The notes: a model not told the origin generated them from the letters alone. Counted from the first letter of the stretch, positions 17,098-25,608 are shown. The stretch: DNA of 35,155 bases from an uncultured Gammaproteobacteria bacterium (GCA_964588505.1 CAZPPQ010000003.1:1-35155); one strand, 5' to 3'. Numbers and translations are program-made.

Positions 17098-20000
17098 ATG
17101 TCTGAACCAATCATGGACCAAACTAGGAAGCCAGAGACCATCCTCGTCACTTCCATTTTGAAGCGAAACGGAAAAGAGGAACCGTTTGATTTTTCGAAAC
17201 TGCGCCGTTCCATTGAATGGGCTTTGGAAACTTCAGGTATGAAGTGCGAGACTGTGTCCGTTGAGAAGATTTTGGCCCAGGTCATCACGCGTTTGAATAA
17301 ATATTTTGACGGCCATCGCGTTCCGACATACGGCGACGTGCGCGATCTCATCAATCTTACATTCATTGATTTTAATCTCGGATTCGTTGCCAGGACATAC
17401 ATGGGTTTTAAAGCAGGTATGATTCAACAAAACCGTACGCCGCGTTACGGAAACGGGATTTTGGTTCAACGATATTTCACAAGGCCGGACACGCACCCGT
17501 TTGACGCGGTTTCGTGGGATCGACGTGATGCGCGCCTCACGAATGAGAAGGGAAAAGTCGTGTTTGAACAGTTGGGCGTCGAAGTACCTACGACATGGTC
17601 ACAGACAGCGACGAATGTGGTTGTCTCAAAATATTTTCGCGGAAAAGTCGGGATGCCGGAAAGGGAATCCTCGGTGCGCCAAATGGTCGGACGCGTCGCA
17701 TCCACTATCGCTCATTGGGGCCGTTGTGACGGATATTTCAAAACAGAAGAGGATGGAAAGACATTTGAAGCGGAACTTATTCATCTGCTTGTGAATCAGA
17801 TGGCCGCGTTCAATTCGCCGGTCTGGTTCAATGTCGGCGCCAATCCGTTTCCGCAATGCTCGGCCTGTTTCATTAATTCCGTGCAGGACGATATGCGTTC
17901 CATTCTCCAGCTCGCGTACACCGAAGGGATGCTGTTCAAAGGCGGATCCGGCACAGGATCAAACCTTTCCACTCTTCGCTCGAGGCAAGAGTATCTGAAC
18001 GGAAGCAACGGGCGGGCGTCAGGCCCGGTTTCGTTTATGAAGGGATATGACGCGTTTGCCGGAGTGATCAAGAGCGGAGGAAGGACGCGCCGCGCGGCAA
18101 AGATGGTCATTTTGAACGCGGACCATCCGGATATCGAGGAATTCATCACCTGCAAGATGGAAGAGGAAAAAAAGGCTTGGGCGCTGATGGACGCCGGATA
18201 CGACGGCTCGATTGACGGATCGGCTTATGCTTCGATCTTTTTCCAAAACGCGAATAATTCCGTGCGCGTGTCGGATGATTTTATGCGCGCGGTTGACGAG
18301 GACAAGGAATGGGTGACGCACGAGGTGACGACCGGCAAGCCGAGCCTTTCGTACCGCGCCAAAGATTTGATGCGTAAAATCGCCGAGGCGACATGGCAGT
18401 GCGGGGATCCAGGTATGCAGTTCGATACCACGATCAACCAGTGGCATACCTGCAAAGCGTCCGGACGGATCAACGCGAGCAATCCTTGCAGCGAATATAT
18501 GTTTTTGGACGATTCGGCCTGCAATCTCGCCTCGCTTAATTTGATGAAATTCCGCCGCGAAATCAACGGCGAGTTTGTGTTTGATGTCGAGGCATTCAAA
18601 AAAGCGAATGAAATTATCATCACGGCCATGGAAATCATGGTCGGAAATTCGAGCTATCCGACGCCGGCCATTGAGCATAACAGTTTTGAGTTCCGCACGC
18701 TCGGCATCGGATATGCGAACCTCGGGGCTCTGCTTATGAGCCGCGGGCTTGCGTACGATTCGGATGCCGGACGTAATTTGGCCGCGGCCATCACTTCGCT
18801 TCAGAGTGGCCATTGCTACGAACAGTCCGTAGAAATAGCGAAAAATATCGGCCCGTTCGCGCAATATCCGTTGAACGCGTCATCTATGACGCAAGTGATG
18901 CAAATGCATCGCGACGCTTCTTATCATATTCCTTCGGACGGTGTGCCCATGGATTTGCTGTTCGAGGCGCGCAAGGCATGGGACAACGCGCTCGCCGGCG
19001 CGCAGGCGCACGGAACCCGGAATGCGCAGATTTCCGTGTTGGCGCCGACCGGAACCATTGCGTTTTTAATGGATTGCGACACGACCGGCGTTGAACCCGA
19101 TATCGCGCTCGTGAAGTACAAATGGCTTGTCGGAGGAGGCATGCTGAAGATAGTGAACAGTACGGTAACAGAGGCGTTTAAGAGGCTTGGATATGCGGAT
19201 GTCGAGGCCGCGGACATTCTGAAATATATTGACGCGAACGACACGATCGAGGGTGCACCGCATCTTAAGGAAAGCCATTTATCGGTGTTTGATTGCGCGT
19301 TCAAGCCGGCCAAGGGTATGCGGACGATTTCGTATATGGGTCACTTGCGTATGATGGCCGCGGTTCAGCCGTTCATTTCCGGCGCGATTTCCAAGACCGT
19401 GAATATGCCGCACGAGGCGACGGTCGAAGAGATCGAGTATGTGTATCGGGAAGCGTGGCGCATGGGGATAAAAGCCGTGGCTATTTACCGCGACGGGTCC
19501 AAGCGCCAGCAGGCTCTGACAACTTCAAAAGAAAAGGACGCCAAAAAAGCGAACGGCGACCGGAAAGAAAGTCCGGCAACGGCCATTGTCGCGACGGCTG
19601 AAGGCAAGCCGCGCCGCCGCCGCCTCCCGAACGAGCGCAAGTCCATCACGCATAAATTCACGGTCGGGAATCACGAGGGCTACATTACGGTCGGGCTCTA
19701 TGATGATGGAACACCTGGTGAATTGTTCGTAACGATTTCAAAGGAAGGATCGGTCATCAGCGGATTGATGGACAGTTTCGCGAAAGCGGTTTCCATCGGA
19801 TTGCAGTACGGCGTGCCGCTCGACGTGCTGGTCAATAAATTTGTTCATGTCCGCTTCGAACCGTACGGATTCACGAACAATCCAAACATCCGGATCGCGA
19901 AGTCCATCGTTGACTATTTGTTCCGATGGCTTGCAATGAAATTTTTGTCCGAGGAGGCCCAGCGGAGCGTCGGGATCAATCTGCCTATCGCGATCGAGGT

Positions 20001-20241
20001 CGGGGAGAATCATGATGTGTCGCTCGTTCACACCCAAACACACGAAGATCCGTCGGTTGTCGAGGCTCCAGCAGAGCCGCAAGCCAATCTTTTTCAGTCC
20101 AAAGCAAAAAATTTTTACTTGACCGGCACGTTTGACAATCAATCTGATGCGCCGGTCTGCGACACCTGCGGTTCCATTATGGTGCGAAATGCCTCGTGCT
20201 ATAAGTGTTTGAATTGCGGATCTACGAGTGGATGCAGTTGA
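17098..20241 (+). CDS. nrdJ: Class II (adenosylcobalamin-dependent) ribonucleotide reductase with N-terminal ATP cone and C-terminal TSCPD/zinc-ribbon region
   Basis: ILKRNG..EPFD ATP cone; CSACFI, NPCSE, APTGT, ISKTVN, YRDG; C-terminal CxxC...CxxC...GCS. Confidence 0.95.
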   Translation: MSEPIMDQTRKPETILVTSILKRNGKEEPFDFSKLRRSIEWALETSGMKCETVSVEKILAQVITRLNKYFDGHRVPTYGDVRDLINLTFIDFNLGFVARTYMGFKAGMIQQNRTPRYGNGILVQRYFTRPDTHPFDAVSWDRRDARLTNEKGKVVFEQLGVEVPTTWSQTATNVVVSKYFRGKVGMPERESSVRQMVGRVASTIAHWGRCDGYFKTEEDGKTFEAELIHLLVNQMAAFNSPVWFNVGANPFPQCSACFINSVQDDMRSILQLAYTEGMLFKGGSGTGSNLSTLRSRQEYLNGSNGRASGPVSFMKGYDAFAGVIKSGGRTRRAAKMVILNADHPDIEEFITCKMEEEKKAWALMDAGYDGSIDGSAYASIFFQNANNSVRVSDDFMRAVDEDKEWVTHEVTTGKPSLSYRAKDLMRKIAEATWQCGDPGMQFDTTINQWHTCKASGRINASNPCSEYMFLDDSACNLASLNLMKFRREINGEFVFDVEAFKKANEIIITAMEIMVGNSSYPTPAIEHNSFEFRTLGIGYANLGALLMSRGLAYDSDAGRNLAAAITSLQSGHCYEQSVEIAKNIGPFAQYPLNASSMTQVMQMHRDASYHIPSDGVPMDLLFEARKAWDNALAGAQAHGTRNAQISVLAPTGTIAFLMDCDTTGVEPDIALVKYKWLVGGGMLKIVNSTVTEAFKRLGYADVEAADILKYIDANDTIEGAPHLKESHLSVFDCAFKPAKGMRTISYMGHLRMMAAVQPFISGAISKTVNMPHEATVEEIEYVYREAWRMGIKAVAIYRDGSKRQQALTTSKEKDAKKANGDRKESPATAIVATAEGKPRRRRLPNERKSITHKFTVGNHEGYITVGLYDDGTPGELFVTISKEGSVISGLMDSFAKAVSIGLQYGVPLDVLVNKFVHVRFEPYGFTNNPNIRIAKSIVDYLFRWLAMKFLSEEAQRSVGINLPIAIEVGENHDVSLVHTQTHEDPSVVEAPAEPQANLFQSKAKNFYLTGTFDNQSDAPVCDTCGSIMVRNASCYKCLNCGSTSGCS

Positions 20242-20305
20242 GAGAGATTGTTTTGAACAGCCGCATCAGCTAAACCATCTCTAAAGTTTGTTCATAAATG
20301 ATTTT

Positions 20306-20557
20306 ATGACCGATCAAGATGTCTCGACAGGAGAAATTATGGAGTTTCTCCAAAAAAATATGATGTTGAGAGACAAAGTAAAAGATTTCGTCCGACAGGA
20401 ACTTGGACAGACAGAATCGAGGATCTTGACATCCGTTGATAGATTTGCAAAATTGCACGAGACATTGGATCAGGAATTGGTTGCTTTGCGCGACATGTAT
20501 CATCGTTTGGAAGAACAGATGGAAATGATAGAACAGAAAGTCGGTATTTTTGTTTGA
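20306..20557 (+). CDS. Small coiled-coil hypothetical protein
   Basis: Heptad-like ORF between nrdJ and the Nudix-CobO gene; stop overlaps the next ORF. Confidence 0.65.
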   Translation: MTDQDVSTGEIMEFLQKNMMLRDKVKDFVRQELGQTESRILTSVDRFAKLHETLDQELVALRDMYHRLEEQMEMIEQKVGIFV

Positions 20558-20559
20558 AA

Positions 20560-21549
20560 ATGCAATCATTTTTTGTTTCAGCAAAAGCGCTTCTCATCAA
20601 CCCTCGCGGGATGATTTTGGTTTTGCACGAAAAGGAGAAAGATCGTTGGGAGTTTGTCGGCGGCCGGATAGATGACGGCGAGCGGCCTGAAGAGTGTTTG
20701 GCGCGGGAGATTCGCGAGGAGATTGGAGTTTTGATGAATACAAGTCGTGCGGACGTTTTTTACACAGACCGATTTTTGACAAAAAAAGGCGCGTCGGTTT
20801 TGCGATTGTTTTTTTTGATTCCGGATGGTGAGATTCATCCGATTTTGACCGCGGAGCATGACCGATTCGCATGGGTGGATCCGAAACAGCCTTTGTCGGA
20901 AGAGATGAGAAAAGATGTCGGAGATGTGTTCGCGCGGTATTGTGAGCACGAAGGGATTGTCGTTTCCGCCGATGTTCCGCGCGCGCACGAAGGGTTCGGG
21001 CTTATTCAAGTGTTTACCGGAAACGGAAAGGGAAAAACGACTGCCGCGCTCGGGGAGGCGATTCGCGCGCTTGGCGCCGGAAAGCGCGTCGGGATCGTGT
21101 ATTTTGACAAAGGCGGCGACCACTATTCGGAGCGTCGGTTTTTACAGTCTTTGGTCCTGTCAACTACCGGCTGTCAGCTACGAGCTGTGAGTTATGTTGC
21201 TACCGGCCGTGACCGGATGGATTTGTCCACAGGACGATTCGACTTTTCGATTACGGAAGCTGACCGAACAGAAGCCGAACGCGGGTTGCAAGCGGCCCGT
21301 GATTTTTTTGAAGAGGGCCGCGATCTTGTTATTTTGGACGAGGTTAATTCGACCGTGAGTCTTGGAATGATTGATGAACAGGCAGTGCTTGATCTTTTGG
21401 ATGAAAAGCCGGAAAAGATCGAGGTTGTGATGACAGGCCGTGCGGCGCCGGCATCATTTTTGGCGCGCGCGCATCTTGTGACAGATATGCGCCTCCGAAA
21501 GCATTATTTTTATTCTGGCGTTAAGGCAAGGGAAGGGCTTGATTATTAG
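20560..21549 (+). CDS. cobO: Nudix hydrolase - cob(I)alamin adenosyltransferase (CobO/BtuR) fusion
   Basis: Nudix box GGRIDDGERPEECLAREIREEIG; CobO motifs VFTGNGKGKTTAALG, LVILDE, MTGR, REGLDY. Confidence 0.9.
   Translation: MQSFFVSAKALLINPRGMILVLHEKEKDRWEFVGGRIDDGERPEECLAREIREEIGVLMNTSRADVFYTDRFLTKKGASVLRLFFLIPDGEIHPILTAEHDRFAWVDPKQPLSEEMRKDVGDVFARYCEHEGIVVSADVPRAHEGFGLIQVFTGNGKGKTTAALGEAIRALGAGKRVGIVYFDKGGDHYSERRFLQSLVLSTTGCQLRAVSYVATGRDRMDLSTGRFDFSITEADRTEAERGLQAARDFFEEGRDLVILDEVNSTVSLGMIDEQAVLDLLDEKPEKIEVVMTGRAAPASFLARAHLVTDMRLRKHYFYSGVKAREGLDY
21157..21191. repeat. Five tandem CT-NNN-AG-type heptamers inside cobO
   Basis: ctgtcaa ctaccgg ctgtcag ctacgag ctgtgag. Confidence 0.6.
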
Positions 21550-21585
21550 AAAAACATTTCCAATGAAAATTTGAAATGTCTTGAT

Positions 21586-21671
21586 TGGTCGGGCTGGCGG
21601 GATTTGCCAGCCTTTGCGTAAGTCTTCGGCTGGTCCGCCGAAGCTTTAGCGAAGGCGGAAACCCGCGGCCT
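21586..21671 (-). pseudogene. 3' fragment of tRNA-Pro interrupted in the T-loop by a 53-nt paired REP element
   Basis: 21586-21606 and 21660-21671 are identical to the intact tRNA; the insert 21607-21659 is two inverted ccttcgctaaagcttcgg-type hairpins. Confidence 0.85.
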
Positions 21672-21681
21672 TATGACAATA

Positions 21682-21758
21682 TGGTCGGGCTGGCGGGATT
21701 TGAACCCGCGGCCTCTTGGTCCCGAACCAAGCGCGCTAGCCAGCTGCGCCACAGCCCG
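21682..21758 (-). tRNA. tRNA-Pro (anticodon CGG), CCA encoded
   Basis: CGGGCTGTGGCGCAGCTGGCTAGCGCGCTTGG-TT-CGG-GA-CCAAGAGGCCGCGGGTTCAAATCCCGCCAGCCCGACCA forms a cloverleaf. Confidence 0.97.
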
Positions 21759-21869
21759 ACCTTATTGTCATAAATGGGGCTCGTCGGTTTGGCTTTGCCA
21801 GACATCGCCGAGCCCGTCTCGACGGCTTAGAGTCAAGCAGTTGGCTCTTCGCTCGGTCTCGACTCCCTC

Positions 21870-21902
21870 ACCAAGCGCACTAGCCAGCTGCGCCACAGCC
21901 CG
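21870..21902 (-). pseudogene. 5' fragment of tRNA-Pro (33 nt)
   Basis: 32/33 identical to 21726-21758; breaks off in the anticodon loop. Confidence 0.85.
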
Positions 21903-21914
21903 ATGATAGCGAAT

Positions 21915-21944
21915 ACTATAAAGGAGATTCCATCGCAGAGTCAA
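21915..21944 (-). promoter_or_regulatory. Putative promoter for the tRNA-Pro locus
   Basis: TTGACT-N18-TATAGT just upstream of the outer 5' tRNA fragment. Confidence 0.5.
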
Positions 21945-21992
21945 GGTTGTTTTCTTTCTCCGGATGATTCTTTATAATATCGGAATCTTTCT

Positions 21993-22523
21993 ATGTTTTT
22001 ATATCTGGTTTATTTAATCGTATTTTTTTTGCTCGCGTCGCTTGCGTATGCCGCCTCGCGCGGCGCGCCGTGGGTGCCGACATGGAAGCGCGACATCGCG
22101 CGGCTTTTGCCGCTTTTGAATTTGAAGCCCGGGCAAAAGATGTATGAGCTCGGATGCGGGGACGGGCGCGTGTGTCTTGCGGCCGCAAAAGGGAACGGCG
22201 CGGAAATTGTTGGTGTCGAGCTTTCGTTTTTGCAATGGGCGATTGCCGAGCTTACGAGACGCCTAAAAGGAATTCGGAACGCGAGATTTGTCTGGGGCGA
22301 TATTTTCAAGCAGGATTTATCGGACGCGGATGTTGTGTACATTTTTTTGATGCCAAAGTTTTATGAAAAATTACGACCGAAATTTCAGAAAGAATTGCGG
22401 CCCGGCGCGCGGGTCGTAAGTTATGTATGGCCGATCGTCGGATGGAATCCGCTGGTTGTTGATGAAATCGCCGGGGAATCGAAGATTTATGTGTACGAGA
22501 TTCCCCAAGCTTATAGGTGTTAG
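21993..22523 (+). CDS. Membrane-anchored class I SAM-dependent methyltransferase
   Basis: TM helix, APWVPT, ELGCGDGR, GVE, GDIF, ADVVYIFL, LRPGARVVS. Confidence 0.9.
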   Translation: MFLYLVYLIVFFLLASLAYAASRGAPWVPTWKRDIARLLPLLNLKPGQKMYELGCGDGRVCLAAAKGNGAEIVGVELSFLQWAIAELTRRLKGIRNARFVWGDIFKQDLSDADVVYIFLMPKFYEKLRPKFQKELRPGARVVSYVWPIVGWNPLVVDEIAGESKIYVYEIPQAYRC

Positions 22524-22670
22524 CTTATAGCTTATAGAGGTCATGTGGGCGACGAATTACGAATCAGTACTAATACACGAATCCTCTTTTTTATTCGTTA
22601 TATTCGTATTTATTCGTAATTCGCCGCAGTCGTGATTTTCCTATAAGCTATTTCCTATAACCTATAAGCT
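22508..22670. repeat. Composite nested inverted repeat (heptamer arms outside, ACGAAT arms inside)
   Basis: agcttatagg...cctataagct outer arms; cgaattacgaat...attcgtaattcg inner arms. Confidence 0.8.
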
Positions 22671-22676
22671 TTTCAG

Positions 22677-22720
22677 AAAAAGATAACCCCCGCGGTTCCA
22701 GTGTGGAACGCGCGGGGGTT
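22677..22720 (-). terminator. Rho-independent terminator
   Basis: aacccccgcg...cgcgggggtt stem preceded by an A tract. Confidence 0.7.
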
Positions 22721-22736
22721 TATGCAAAGACGAGAG

Positions 22737-23792
22737 TTATTTTTGTAGAAGAGCCTGTCTGACTTGTGCGTCGCATACTGCCGATCTCACAAGTTCTTCG
22801 AGCTCCTCGAGAGTCAATGTGGTTGCTGGCTTGTCCGTGTGCGTGGACGAGCCGTTGTGAAGCGCGCCGGCCTTGGCATGGAAGTACCAGTGCTTGGCCT
22901 GGCCAGTAAGTTCTACATCCACTTCTTCTCTCACAATTTTGCAGAGAGTCGCGAACGTTGCACTCATGGCATCGCCATCGTTCGGCGGTCTCGAGTGCAT
23001 GATGTCGTTTTCCCGGCACCCGACATAGAACGCGATCTCCGGTATGAAGGGTTTGCCCTTCGGGCCGGAGAAAATGTTCATATGTCCATCGCTGTGGCGT
23101 TGGACAATGATGTCCGCCTGACGCATTGCGCGCAACCACTTGTGCATGGACTCGAGGTCCGTCCGCACAAACGCCACACGCAAGTCGCCCATCTTGACCA
23201 TCTTCCCGTGCGCCTCGAATTCCTTCGGACACACGCGATGGAACTCATCCCCCTGTTTCAGATTTGCCTCGACCATCGCCTGTACAAAATTGAGGTAGAG
23301 GCCGAGCGCATCCTTATCCACTTCGCGGTAGGCCTGCAGAGTCTTGAGGACAGTAGCGACACTCAACATTTCTTGTCCAGCCTCGGTGTCGCTCTTACGC
23401 ACATTGATGAGCAATGTTCGGACGTTTGGCCAGCGGTCAATTTCGAGAAATCGCGCCACCAGATCCGCCGAACATGTGTTCGGTAGACGACCCTCGATTC
23501 TGTGTTCGTCGAATTCACCATGGCCGATCCCGATGAACACAACACGGTTGAGCGCGATCTTTTCCTCGACGCAGTGCGTGAGTGCAGATTCGTAGCTCGG
23601 CTCGAACCGGATGACCGGCGGATTTTCGAGAGTCCAGTACCACTTGCGCTGGCCGAAAAGTTTGATCAGAGCCATCGCCACAAGTTCGTCCAGATGAGGA
23701 CGAAGATGAGTTACAATGTGCGTGATTTTTTGCCGTCGCGGTTTTTCCACGCAACCCCCGTCCTTCTTCTCCGGCCCTTGTTCGATTCTCAT
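22737..23792 (-). CDS. DHH/MYG1-like putative phosphoesterase
   Basis: IVTH..PHLDE, IGIG.GEFDEH and CSADLV resemble MYG1/DHH motifs; start set at the ATG with SD ggagg. Confidence 0.6.
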   Translation of the reverse strand: MRIEQGPEKKDGGCVEKPRRQKITHIVTHLRPHLDELVAMALIKLFGQRKWYWTLENPPVIRFEPSYESALTHCVEEKIALNRVVFIGIGHGEFDEHRIEGRLPNTCSADLVARFLEIDRWPNVRTLLINVRKSDTEAGQEMLSVATVLKTLQAYREVDKDALGLYLNFVQAMVEANLKQGDEFHRVCPKEFEAHGKMVKMGDLRVAFVRTDLESMHKWLRAMRQADIIVQRHSDGHMNIFSGPKGKPFIPEIAFYVGCRENDIMHSRPPNDGDAMSATFATLCKIVREEVDVELTGQAKHWYFHAKAGALHNGSSTHTDKPATTLTLEELEELVRSAVCDAQVRQALLQK

Positions 23793-23883
23793 TCTGTGCC
23801 TCCGGTTCTGCTCGCGTTTCCGCGGCAAAACATATGAAAAGATCGTTCGTCTTCGGCCGAAAATGGCCCGTGAAAGACTCAAA

Positions 23884-23912
23884 AAGATACCACACTTTGC
23901 TCAAATTGTCAA
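23884..23912 (-). promoter_or_regulatory. Sigma70-type promoter
   Basis: TTGACA-N17-TATCTT, the same hexamers as at 13739-13767. Confidence 0.7.
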
Positions 23913-23958
23913 CCCTCGATATAATCCGCGTAAGATATTAACATCACTTTTTTATCGT

Positions 23959-24408
23959 ATGACAATCGAAGAGCTCCTTCATCACCTTGAACAGAACACC
24001 CAACTCACGGTTTTGAATTCCCCCTTTTTTTACACAGGCAAAGCGCGCGTCGTGTTGGATGGGGGGGATACGCGCGTGTGGCTGTATGGCGAGGACGGCG
24101 ATGTGCTTGCCATTTCTCCAGATGCCGAAGAGATTGTCTCGTTTGAAACTATTGATACGGATGTTGAGCCACAGGACGGAATGGTGCTGTATCAAGGGAA
24201 CGAATTTGAGTTCAGTTACGAAGACAATGGCGCAGTAACGGAAACAGAAGGCGCGGTCGGAATCGAAGAGGGAGACAGCTATGGAATCAATGATTACGAA
24301 TCGGATGCCGGAGAAATCGTCCGGTTCATCACGAATCATAATACAGGCGACAGGCAGGCGCTGTTCGGAAAGATTGTGGTTGAGGAGGACATCCTGCCAG
24401 CCGCATAA
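23959..24408 (+). CDS. Acidic beta-rich hypothetical protein (possibly DUF4178-like)
   Basis: Protein-like ORF from MTIEE; the upstream extension overlaps the divergent gene. Confidence 0.7.
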   Translation: MTIEELLHHLEQNTQLTVLNSPFFYTGKARVVLDGGDTRVWLYGEDGDVLAISPDAEEIVSFETIDTDVEPQDGMVLYQGNEFEFSYEDNGAVTETEGAVGIEEGDSYGINDYESDAGEIVRFITNHNTGDRQALFGKIVVEEDILPAA

Positions 24409-24418
24409 TTCGGTTATC

Positions 24419-25576
24419 ATGTCCAAAATTTTTGTATTCATCTTGATCGGCGTCACATTAGTGATGTCATTTGTGTTCGGCACGTATGTCGTGCTCGGAA
24501 AATTCAGGCCGGATTTGGAGCTCCTCCGCATGGCCAGCGCGATGTCTCGCACCCAGTCTGTCGAACAAAAGACCGGTATGACGTGGAGCGATGGGAATGG
24601 AGAGCTGGCGACCCTGCTCGCGTCCGGAACAATCTTGTGGAAGCCTTCCGGAGCAGTGGAACACGACACGAAGTTTCGGGTGATTCGATTGATCGGCGGG
24701 CAAAGTTATACGGACTTGTCTGGAGAAATTCGCGCATCAGAATCCGGAACATTTTTAACATACGATCCGCCAGGTCCGTCCGTAACCGGCGTTTCGTTTT
24801 CTGAACCGAACACATGGGTCTTATTTGGTCCAGGCGAGTTTGCCGCGTGGGGGTCGGTGTTTCCGCGCATGGATATCCCGCTTTTGAGAGAAGGAGGAAG
24901 TTCTTGGACTCTTGACGCGCTTCAGCGTTTTCGTGTTGTTGTGGCGAAAGCCGATGCGCTTGTCCCAACTTCAAAAGCTCGAAAAGAAACGATCAACAGA
25001 GTGAAGACGCGCATGTTTGACGTCGCGTTTGATCCCGATGCTTTGCGCAGTTTTTTGTTGGATGTTTCGCGAGCAAGAACAGGCGAGGAGCCGTCGAATG
25101 AGGATCGGCTGGCGATCGAGGCTGACGTCCGCGCATGGGCGAGCTTGAATTACACTGTGTGGATTGGAGAAAAAGATCATCGTCTGTATCGCGTGCGCGC
25201 CGAAGGAAAGCTGGCCAGCTTCCTTTCTGATTTTTCGAATTACGACCGTCCGTTTGTGGTTTCCGCGCCGGACCGCTCGCTCGCGTTTGATCAAATTTAT
25301 TCCCGCACGCTCGGCAAGCTTCCAGAAACGAAAGTTTTACGAACCGGAGCGGTCGCGAGCCAATTTTTATCGTCCGTTTCGGTTTCACTGCCGACATTCA
25401 ACATTACCACCGCTGATGTGGACGGCGACGGACTTGATGCTCTGCTTGAAACTTTTTACGGAACGGATCAACGAAATTCGGACACGGATCGCGACGGTGT
25501 TTCGGATGGGGACGAAGTCCGCGCCGGCAGAAATCCAACCGGGCGCGGGCCGCTGTTTGGGTTCGGGTTGCGGTAA
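24419..25576 (+). CDS. Membrane-anchored surface protein with C-terminal DxDxDG calcium-binding repeats
   Basis: N-terminal TM; DVDGDGLD..LE...GTD..NSDTDRDGVSDGDEV..G.NP. Confidence 0.8.
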   Translation: MSKIFVFILIGVTLVMSFVFGTYVVLGKFRPDLELLRMASAMSRTQSVEQKTGMTWSDGNGELATLLASGTILWKPSGAVEHDTKFRVIRLIGGQSYTDLSGEIRASESGTFLTYDPPGPSVTGVSFSEPNTWVLFGPGEFAAWGSVFPRMDIPLLREGGSSWTLDALQRFRVVVAKADALVPTSKARKETINRVKTRMFDVAFDPDALRSFLLDVSRARTGEEPSNEDRLAIEADVRAWASLNYTVWIGEKDHRLYRVRAEGKLASFLSDFSNYDRPFVVSAPDRSLAFDQIYSRTLGKLPETKVLRTGAVASQFLSSVSVSLPTFNITTADVDGDGLDALLETFYGTDQRNSDTDRDGVSDGDEVRAGRNPTGRGPLFGFGLR

Positions 25577-25581
25577 ATTTT

Positions 25582-25608
25582 ATAGGTCCTATCGGACCAA
25601 TAGGATCT
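25582..25608. repeat. 9-mer tandem repeat abutting the ftsI start codon
   Basis: ataggtcct atcggacca ataggatct atg. Confidence 0.5.

Noticed and set aside
17098-20241. Intein or intron in nrdJ
   Set aside because: Motif spacing is continuous and the length is explained by the ATP cone and C-terminal domains; no intein terminal signature seen.
21586-21758. Integrated prophage or island at tRNA-Pro
   Set aside because: Only ~10 nt separate the intact tRNA from the duplicated 3' fragment and no integrase is present; at most a scar.
21546-21906. Short ORFs across the tRNA-Pro locus
   Set aside because: They are translations of tRNA and REP sequence.
22508-22670. CRISPR array
   Set aside because: Repeats are 6-9-nt units in inverted arrangement without unique 30-40-nt spacers; no cas genes.
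22764-23486. 240-aa plus-strand ORF
   Set aside because: Antisense shadow of the minus-strand gene, which has promoter, SD, terminator and motifs.
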